Assembly (NCBI GenBank): GCA_045837725.1 | Contig: JBEWZL010000011.1 | Location: forward strand, 620,001 to 684,000 | Direction of reading: 5' to 3' | DNA from: Vermamoeba vermiformis | Taxonomy: Eukaryota | DNA: 64,000 nucleotides | Part shown: positions 37,731 through 47,188 of the stretch, in pieces | Numbering within the stretch: the stretch's first letter is position 1 | Layout of the letters: each line of letters opens with the position of its first letter | Translations under genes and position numbers: made by a program | The notes under the pieces: model-generated | Told to the model about the DNA's origin: nothing | What the model saw: only the letters and a program-made list of their open reading frames with translations | The model's database searches: none

Positions 37731-40582
37731 ATGGAGGGGGTAGATTTAGTTCAAAGGCTAAAGAATCATCCTTTATTCGATCCTAGATCTCAAGATCCAA
37801 CCAGGATCCAACGAGAAGATGTGGGGTCTCCCCTAGCCAAAAATATTTTAGCATTCAATAACAAAGACTTAGAATTATTTGTATATAATGCACCAAAGCT
37901 CCATTTGGTTAACTTAAAGAATATCAAGCTAGGAAAAAATTTTAATTACCAGGTATGTTTTTAATAGCTCCAAAAATCATATTAAATTTTATTTTATATG
38001 GCACACTAAATAAATGCATTAATTATAATATTTTAACATCGTTATAGCGCCTAATAATTTTAATTTGATTATTTATTGCATTTGAAACTATTTGTAATTG
38101 TCTGCACGTACTAACATCACCTATCATCCCAATTATCAGACGCTAAAATGCTCCCCATCGCTGCCGCACGACGTTAGTTACTTCGAGTTCAACAAGAGCG
38201 GCAAGTACCTCTTGGCTGTCAGTCCGCGCAAGTGTGCTGTCATTGAAATCTCTCAACGAGCTCGTTTGGAGATTGCGCGCAATGAGAGCGAAGAACTCAT
38301 CACGCAGACACTGTGGCTGGGCGAGCGACTGTTGGCCCAACAACCCTCGTGTCAGATTGTCAAAGCCAGTTGGCACCCGCTGAGTGACTCGCACGTGGTC
38401 GTATTGACCTCCGATAATACGCTCAGGTAATGCGTTGTATATTATATATGACAGCTAGTCCGTGCTGACAGCTAGATCAGGATATTCAACGTGACGGTGA
38501 ATTTGAACGAGCACGAACAAGTGTACCGATTGAACGAGTCGGGTGCGGACAAGATTATCACATTCACATTCGGTGGCTCAAAACAACCGAGCTGGCAACA
38601 TTTCACGATTTATTTCATGACCGAGGCTGGGTACATTTATTCGCTGTGCCCTGTCATTCCTTATTATTGGTACGTCAGACTATGCAGCACCATCAATAGT
38701 CCGCTAACTGATTCACAACCAGTATTATACCTTCTGCGTTGTTGACAGAGCTGCAAGATCAGTTGCAAGCCGAGTTAGACAATTTTGAAAACAATTTTGA
38801 TGCCGATGAACTCAAACAAAAAGAAGCGTCGCTCGAGTGGCTCACGCACGTCAAAGGAGCTGTCGTGGCCTCTGAAGTCACGCGCAAAGCCACGAACAAA
38901 TTCGCGCTGGACGATGACAGCGACGAAGAGCTGAACATTGGCGATGAAGATGAAGACGGTGCGTCGAACAGCGAAAACAAATGGACGCGCAGTGGATGGG
39001 TGCGCACGAGACCTCCCGAAAGAACCGCAGGACTCGTGCGTCCTGGCCTCGTTGGACCACTGAACATTGGAAACTCGACGACCTCCTTGGCGAACACGGC
39101 GATTGATTTGTTGTGCCTGCCCAGCACTCCGACCACACTGTTGCGCGCACACTCTACGGGCACAGTCGACGTACTGTTGAATTTTGATGAAATTCAGCCC
39201 TATTGGCTACCAAAGGTACGTTAGTTGTCACGTGTTCAGCACTACAGTCGTGTTAATATTGTGACAATTTCAGGGCTATTTCTTGGACGACATTGAACGA
39301 GATGTGCCCGAATTAATGTTGTGGGAGAAAATAGACTTGGGAATCGGCAAAAGAATTCAAGCGAGTGGCAAACAATTCACACCACCGCGCTTGACACTCG
39401 ATCCAGCATTCAAAGACAGATTTTACGCATTTCACAGCGCTGGAGTGCACAGGATCAATTTAGTCTGGCAGAAAGATTTGGAGAAGTATGCGTTTGAAGA
39501 CATGGAAGAAGCGGAGGACTTGCCTGATTTGGGCATGTCGGAGATACAGTACATTCTCAGCAATCCGTAAGTCCGTTACCTGCCTCTGCTTGTAAGCTAA
39601 CGCCTGTACAGCTCCGGAAAAGAATTGCTCGGTCACGTGACAATATCTCACCCGCTGATTGGTGACCTGTTTGGACTCATCTACCAGGGCTGGGTCTGCA
39701 ACTGGGTCGATCAGCGCGTCGTCAACTTGGGCTCGGCGAATATGCTGGGCCTCAGCGCCACACCCGACAGTCTCACAGCCGCTGCACCGACCAGTTCGCT
39801 GATGCAACTCGTGGCTCAGTGGCAACGACTGCAACAGCAAAGCATCACGAAAGTCGGTCACGGGTCTCTGTCGATTCAATCTGAAGACTCGCTCGTGTAC
39901 TTCCTCAAACTGGCACAGATGATGCAAAAGAAGTACATTGTCTTCCTGTACCAAGCACACGAAGAGATCAACACGCGGTACGGCCCGATTGATTTTCACT
40001 GTGACACGTGTCATCTAATAGTCGTTGTTATGCCAGGCTGAGGCTATTGCAAGAACTGAAAGACTCGCAAGAAACGAAATTGAACGATGCCTCGCGTCAA
40101 TTGGAACAAATCGATCAAAAACAACAAGATTTGCAGCTCAAATTAAGACGCACGCTCGAATTTCAAGCCAATCTCACTGCACGTGCCTCCACCGTGCTGC
40201 AAGTCGTGAATACGAGCCAACACAAGTACGCCATGATCGTTCATTGGGCGACTATCTAACCAATTATTATAGGCTATCTAAGGCCGAAACAGATTATTTG
40301 GGTGAATTACGAGAAATGCGCCGCGCCGAAGATTTTTACAGCGATAAAATTGACGAGTTGAAAAAACGCGCGACTAACGTGAAAGACGGCAACAAACCTC
40401 TGCCTCAAATAGCGCCAGCTCAATTAGACAAAATTAAACCTATCATAGAAGACGAGTACGTATTATACGCATATTATTATTAACATTTGTACTCACTGTG
40501 CTGTTATTCTAGACACGCAATGATCGAGCAAGCAATAGCAGATCTGCAGAGTTTGCAAATCAAAGCCGAGAGTCTATTGTAA
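37731..40582 (+). CDS. NUP88: Nucleoporin NUP88/Nup82-like, multi-exon
   Basis: ASWHPLSDSHVVVLTSDNTLRIF, FTIYFMTEAGYIYSLCPVIP, RFYAFHSAGVHRINLVW and a C-terminal coiled coil. Confidence 0.87.
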
Positions 40583-40687
40583 AAACTGTTTTTAATATAA
40601 ACACCATCTCACGCGATCTATCTGCGAGCTCTAATTATAGCATTCGTTGCGACGGGGTCAACTGTTGGCATGACACGTGTCAAAACT

Positions 40688-41434
40688 CTAGTACAAGAGC
40701 ACGGCAACAGCGCCGAGCATCAAAGTGCTGAGCCACGGCACGAGTGACTGCGCGCTGTTGAAGCAGTTGTCCACGCCATCCACTCGCACCACTGTTCGTT
40801 GAAACACGTCGTGGAACAAAGTAGATTCGTCCGCCCATCTCTTGCCGCACTTGCTGCTGTCATCAAAGCAGTTCTGTTCGCCTCCATTCGAGTCTCTCAG
40901 GCATATTTGAGCGTCTTTGCAGTTCGTCAACAGTTTCTCGTAGAATGGTGCGCAGACACGGAAGGCTAAAAATGGATCGTGATTAATTTCTGCAATATTG
41001 AAGATAATTACGAAACGCCTTATCATGATTAATTAATATTTTAATATGTGGAAATAAAATCACTATTTTCCATGACTAAACACCGCCGCGATTTTTAATA
41101 ATTGAAGATCGGGAAATTATTATTCGATTAATTCGCATTAATTACCTGAATTGTTATCAACCCACAACGCCATATCAGGTTTGCATTCATTGGCACATTG
41201 GACGAGATTAATTAAATCGAAGCAAGTTTGTCCGAGCTTGCATCCGTCGTCGATCGTGCAAGACTCCTTGATGAAGGTGAATTGGCTCGTGCAACATGAA
41301 TTAGAATTGTATTGAGGGCATTTAGTGTTTCCATTGGGCATTTTAGCGCTAGTAGAGTTATCGGAGCATGTGCCAGCTGATGCAGATCCGACCAGAATTA
41401 CAGCCACAAAAACAAGTACGAATCTCAGCATCAT
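40688..41434 (-). CDS. Secreted, probably GPI-anchored Cys-rich protein with folate-receptor-family fold
   Basis: Signal peptide. Cys spacing CPQYNSNSCC..C..CFDLINLVQCANECKP..RVCAPF..NC. Hydrophobic C-terminal tail LSTLMLGAVAVLLY. Confidence 0.62.
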
Positions 41435-41602
41435 GATTGCTTCTCTCTTATTCGTATCGAATGCTGGAGTAAAAATAATTTTTTGACAGACTCGGCGAAA
41501 AAGACGGAGGAACGAAATATCGCTGGAAAAAACATGTTCCTAAATTTACAACCGATCAGATTTGGGTAACACTAAAGACTTAGTCTCACTGCAAGTCTCG
41601 TC

Positions 41603-43810
41603 ATGTCGGAAAAAGCTGACAAAGAGGTATTGTGGCCTGTAACTTATGCAACGTAGATCTAACTCGTTGTTTTCAATCTGGACAGCAAGAGAAGAAAGCG
41701 AAGGGACTCAGTCAAAAAACGAGTGAAATTCGCAAGTCATTTAATTTACCACAATCAGAGACTGTTATTCAAGGTCAGTATCGAGAATAACATTAATAAT
41801 GATTATTTGAATTTTGCCATTTTTCGTTACAGATGGAATTCACCCGATATAACTCGTGTCTTATTGACAGTATTTTTATTATATCTATGCACGAAAATTC
41901 TAGCTCTTAATTATTACGACGCTTCCATTTCGATTCTAGAATTTTTTTAAGATCAACGCTTTATTTAATATAATTATATTAATGCTACCAATGCATTATA
42001 TGCATACTAAATAGCGATATGGTTCCGAATAATAAATTGATTTATTTTTTTGATCCGCACAGACTACGCTTGTTCACTGCGAGGAGCACTCGGTCGCTTA
42101 TATGTCACACAGAATTATTTGTGCTTTTGGGGCAATTTCAACATCAAATCTGTGAGTACACTAGCCTATAGACAATGACCTACGAAACGGATCGCGGTTG
42201 CGTAATTGCATTTCAAATTCCGCTCCGTGCTTATGACAGCGCAAGAGTTATTACTAAATATAGTATTGCTATGTAGGAGGCATTTCCGTTCAGAAAAATC
42301 AAAGATCTGACGCTAGAACGCGGAGGTGTGTTTAACAGCGTTGGACTGGCCATGCTCGATGGCTCAAAAGTACGCGAGATATTTTCACTGAACGACGAGT
42401 ATTAATGACCGTTTTAGGTCAATATCGGCGGATTTGTACATTTAGACGAGGCCTTTCAACTGATCAGCTACGTGTGGCAGAATCCTCCGACTTACGTCTC
42501 CTTCGCACAACAGCAACAACAGCTGTTCGAGAGTGACAGTCGCAAGTCAGCACGTGAGTGACTAAATTTAGCCGCGTGGAGTGTACTGGATGCTAATTGA
42601 CACGTGTCAAACACAGGCCCAGGCTCGAGTCAGGTGCAAGAACAGATCGATCAGGGCCCGCAAGTCGATGTCGAGACCTCCAAACGCGCCCTGGCCCTCG
42701 CCAACGAGATCTATCAGACCTCGAGCGAATCACTCGTGCAACTCGCCGAACAAGGAGGTACGTGTCACGTGCTGCAGTGCTTGGAGCGCTAATGTGTTGT
42801 TGTGCAGAGACGTTGGATCGCATTGAAAGCAACTTGAACAACATTCACTACAACCTCGACCAGAGCGACAGATTGTTGCGCGGCATTGAGTCGTTGCCCG
42901 CGTACATTGGCAACGCGTTGAAGAAGAAGAAACGACCGCCCCCACCTGCCCCTGTCAAGAACGATCACTCGGTACGTCAATTAGATCGTGTTGTTGAAAG
43001 TTCCGTCTCATTAATCGCGTCCTGCAGATTAACATTAAAAAAGCACCGACTCCGCCCATGGACATTGAGATTTTATGCAAGAACAAAGACGATAGTTGTA
43101 TCCTTATTCATACTACTCTTACGGCAATTCTTCTGCGTTAAATACCACAAAATTCTCCTTGACCCCTAACCACCACTAGTCTCCCAAGCACTGCTGCGCC
43201 TCTACGACGCAGAATTCAGCTGCATAGACCCTGACACTGGCAAACTCTTGCCGCGCACTCAGACGTGGAAGTACACCGAGATTGATTCGGTGGTGATGCG
43301 CGCACGACACCAGCACATGGACATTCGATTCAAGAACGGTCTCGAACGATTCCGCTTGATGTCTTCGTACCTGCAAGTGATCACCAACGAGATTGTGTTG
43401 CGATTGAAAGAGTCACAAGGAGACGTGCAACAACCTGTCACCATCAAAGTACAGTTCGAGCCTGGCGTGAAACAATTTGAGTACGGTGATCCGCGCATCT
43501 CCGTGCAGCCGACACGTGTGCGCGATGGAGGTCAGGGCGGTGGCCCTGGATTTTACCGCAAAGATGCCGGCAAGTCTGCGTCACAACTGCTCACCAACAA
43601 CGCGTCACAAAAGGTGCGAGAGGATTTAGATTTGACAGACCAACACTTGGACGAAATATCGCGGCTAGTCGATGGTGTTGGTGACATGGCGGTGACGATG
43701 AATGACACGCTCGGCAGACAACAGGTTCAGATCGAACGCATCGAAGTACTGACCGAAAACGCCAATACTCGTATTCAGAATAGTAACCAACGCATTGACA
43801 AGCTGCTTTA
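41603..43810 (+). CDS. GRAM domain plus SNAP-25-like Qb/Qc SNARE with a folded linker domain, multi-exon
   Basis: GRAM: FNLPQSETVIQDYACSL..GRLYVTQNYLCF. Qb: SLVQLAEQGETLDRIESNLNNI..LRGIES. Qc: DQHLDEISRLV..LGRQQVQIERI..NQRIDKLL. Confidence 0.82.
43098..43179 (+). other. U12-type GT-AG intron in the SNARE gene
   Basis: 5'ss GTATCCTTA and branch-like TTCTCCTTGAC (43153-43163). Removal gives KNKDDS-F-SQALLRL in frame. Confidence 0.78.
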
Positions 43811-44479
43811 AATTTTGTGCCTATTTATTAAGGCGATGTACAGTAATAAACCGAATTTAAAACCAAGAAACTTCTCAGCAGATGCAGCACTCCGTCGTCT
43901 AATTAGCGAGTAGTTGTCGTGTTTGTATTTCGCGCATCCCCTTGACTTATCGAGATGTGAGATGTTACTCTCAAGAACATTAAAACGACAACTTAACCCG
44001 TAATTAGACAGCGAGCAGCGAGACAATCAAACAACATCCACATCCGAAGCGAACAGCGCAACCTATTGAAACAAAGAAGTGAGAAGCAAGAGGAAGACAT
44101 ACAAGTACAGCATTAAAACAAAATAACGTTAATATGACACGGTTTTATGTACACTATAATACAACAATTCGACATACCTCGCTGGATTAAGGATCGGCGA
44201 GAGAAGGGAAGGGAGCGGCTAGGAGGTCCTAAGGAGCTTGCAAAAAAAAACCTTCAGAAATTTACGAAAAACAAATAAGCACCAAACCCGTGGATTGCAA
44301 AATTGGCTCGTTGCTTCTTTGTTCTTTGATAGAGCTCTAGTCGACTGCTCTCGGGTTGTAAAAGCAGCGATGAGGCCCGTCTCTCTTCGCACTCTCCGTT
44401 CAATGAGTCTTCTCGCGTCGGCTCCTAATCGCAACAGGCGGTTAATACTGCAGCTAAACGACACAGAGGGCTGGATGCA

Positions 44480-45469
44480 TTACTGAGCAAACTCGACGTT
44501 CTCGAAGGGGTTGGTGAAGAACTCGGAGTAGAAGGAGTCAATCTGCTCGATGTTCTTCTTGAACGGGCAGCCCGCGCATTGACACTGACCCGTTTGTTGA
44601 TCGGATTTGACGAGAGGAGTGTTCGGGAGAGCAGTGCTCAAGTCAGTAGCAACGGCGACCAATGAAGAAGCTATGTCACCATCGGTCTCAATCAAACGAC
44701 GAATCTTTGAAGGTCGTTCGGAGGCGTCTGTGGCGTTGTAAGCAGCGATCAATTGTTGGAACGCTTGTTCGAGGGACAAGGCGGGCTTCTCGATGACTTC
44801 CATGGAGTCGTCAGGAAGGTTCAAGGGAGAGAAGTCCTCGGAGGAGTAGCAGACTTGTTGTTCTTCGCGCATCGACAAGTTTTGTTGCAGAAGTTCCATC
44901 TGTCGGAGTTGAGTCTCACGGATAGCTTGAAGCATTTCCATAACGTCAGTGCTTGATGTGTCGATTGAATCCTCGTCTGAGACTCTTCTGCGCTTCTTGG
45001 CAGGAGCGAGAGTTTCCGATTTGACTTGCGGAGTGTTTGATTTGAGTCTTCTAATTTGCTCAGGCTTGCTGACCACCTTAATAGACTCACTGATCGCTGT
45101 GATAGCTCCCTGCTTGCTGCTGATAGCGTCGATTTTCAACAAGAAGAGGGAACCCTCGTATTGGCTTGTCAGCACCTTGATGCGGAATTCGATGGTGACT
45201 TGGTCGCCAGTTGCATTGAGATGCGTGAAATATTCAAGAGGTAATTTTTGCAAGAATGGCACGGGCTTGCGTTCCTCAGAGTCGTAAAGTAAAGAAGCTT
45301 CCATCTTCGCGGCGCTGAAATCAAATTTGCCGTCAGAAGAACCCACCGTGATACAAAAGGGTGTATTCTTTACTACCATGTGCATGTTCTTTGTAACACC
45401 GTTCTTGGAAGTCTTATCCTGGTGCAAAGAACCTTGCTTTACAATAATCATAGTTGATTTGGATGCCAT
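44480..45469 (-). CDS. CudA-family (amoebozoan, STAT-related) transcription factor, intronless
   Basis: SKNGVTKNMHMVVKNTPF, SLLYD, EFRIKVLTSQYEGSLF and SESIKVVSKPEQ match the CudA core as I recall it. NLS-like AKKRRR. Confidence 0.8.
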   Translation of the reverse strand: MASKSTMIIVKQGSLHQDKTSKNGVTKNMHMVVKNTPFCITVGSSDGKFDFSAAKMEASLLYDSEERKPVPFLQKLPLEYFTHLNATGDQVTIEFRIKVLTSQYEGSLFLLKIDAISSKQGAITAISESIKVVSKPEQIRRLKSNTPQVKSETLAPAKKRRRVSDEDSIDTSSTDVMEMLQAIRETQLRQMELLQQNLSMREEQQVCYSSEDFSPLNLPDDSMEVIEKPALSLEQAFQQLIAAYNATDASERPSKIRRLIETDGDIASSLVAVATDLSTALPNTPLVKSDQQTGQCQCAGCPFKKNIEQIDSFYSEFFTNPFENVEFAQ

Positions 45470-45727
45470 GACGAAATAAATATAAGAAGAATAGAAGAGA
45501 AGTTGTGTGTGTGTGTGGCTATGCGGTCGTGGTTGAAAAATGAACTGGCGCCTTCTTGTCTTTTTCTGTTTGCGTTGGGAATCGGCTAAGAAAGTTGCTT
45601 GCGCGGTTTTTTTTGGGCTGAATTTTTAATTTCAAGAACGAGGAAAAATCACGGACAAGAGATTTTCTTTGATTGGAGTGAAATTCCCTTGCTCGTTCAG
45701 ATCTTGTCCTGTCACATTGACAACACA

Positions 45728-47125
45728 ATGGCTAGCGAAACGCCTCGTCCAGAGGAGAAAAAAAAGGTTTGATTTAATTCCGTCGATCTGATCAAAATAT
45801 TAAAAAAATCCTATTAGGTTTTGCTGTTGGGTGCTTCCAACTCAGGCAAGACCAGTATGCGTAGTATAATTTTTGCGAATTTTGTTGGTGAGTTTGAGCG
45901 ATAAACGTGAAATTATATTGAGATGGGGTAATTTATTTTGATTAAAATACAGCAAGAGATACGCAAAAATTGGCCTCCACAGTCGAAGTAGAGCACTCGC
46001 AAGTGCGATTTTTAGGCAATTTAGCATTGAATTTATGGGATTGTGGCTGGTAAGCGTAAAAAATACTATTTGATTTGTTTGACACGAGATCCAGGCAAGA
46101 CAAATGGAAAGAGGCTTATTTTTCAGTTCAAAAACAACATATATTCAGCAGTGTAGAAGTAATGATATTTGTGTTCGATATTACGAGCCGAGATTTGGCG
46201 GTAATGATTCATCAATAGTATCTGCGTGCAGCCAGCATTTATAACACGTGCACTTCAATTACAGAGCGATCTCGAAGACTTTACAACATCAATAGAGGCA
46301 TTGTCTCAGCTATCACCGCAGGCTAAGATATTTATTTTAATTCACAAAGCAGATCTAGTACCGCAGGACCAACGAGAAAAGGTACTTTAACACGAGTTCT
46401 TTTTGGATCCAAAGCACAAATATTCATTATATTGTACAATTAGCTATTTGCAGCCCGCAGAGATCAAGTAACAGAAATGGCCAAGGCATTCAAAGTGCAG
46501 TGTTTTTTGACGAGTATTTGGGAAGAGTCGCTGTACAAAGCGTGGTCACAGATTGTTTATTCAATGATTCCCAACGGACCTCTGCTGCAAAGTAATTTGG
46601 AGATGTTTTGCGAGGCCACAGAGGTCGAAGAAGTCGTTCTATTCGAAAAAGCAACGTTTTTAGATATTTCTCACGCCACTCACAAACGCAGCAAACACCG
46701 ATTCAAAGACGTGCACAGATTTGAAAAGATCAGCAATATGATTAAAATGTTCAAGCTGGGGTGCATGTAAGGACGATATATTAATTAATATCAGTCGCGA
46801 GTAGCAGCTAACGTGCGCAGGAAAACTGGCGGCAATCTACAAACCATTCACATTCGCACGGCGAAATTTGAAGCATTTTTATTCGATTTCACAGTGTATC
46901 CTTTATGCTATAATTACTTTGGTTAATAATTGTTACAACAAATATTTCTCCTTAACCTCTCTTCAGAAACACGTACATTTTAGCCATAACGGATCCAGCC
47001 AGCGGCATAGGTGAGTGACCACTTCAGCTAATATGACAATACTAATACGATTATCAGAGAGCGGGGCCACACAACTAAACATCAAATCAGCGAAATTACA
47101 TTTTGATCGACTGCTGAACAGCTAG
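45728..47125 (+). CDS. Rag GTPase RagA/B (Gtr1)-like, divergent, multi-exon
   Basis: [73 protein letters not shown] 47123-47125. Confidence 0.9.
46896..46966 (+). other. U12-type GT-AG intron in the Rag gene
   Basis: 5'ss GTATCCTTT and branch TCTCCTTAAC ending 10 nt before the intron end. Removal gives FDFT-V-NTYIL. Confidence 0.9.
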
Positions 47126-47188
47126 CCAATAAATCACGTGTTCAATACCACTGACTTGTGCGCGAGACCGATCGATCGAACGAGCAAT

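Larger units (their letters stand above)
725..42609. repeat. Dispersed, highly iterated palindrome TGACACGTGTCA (at least 18 exact copies)
   Basis: Starts at 725, 824, 3687, 5423, 10281, 11913, 17800, 18095, 18282, 20506, 24538, 27375, 29775, 30491, 34004, 40002, 40671, 42598. Confidence 0.93.

Noticed and set aside
41833..41852. Cryptic acceptor in a SNARE-gene intron giving DGIHPI* (poison exon)
   Set aside because: AG followed by a stop is expected by chance in an AT-rich intron. It cannot be supported without RNA data.
45504..45517. Short (TG)n tract upstream of the CudA-like gene
   Set aside because: Ordinary short microsatellite.
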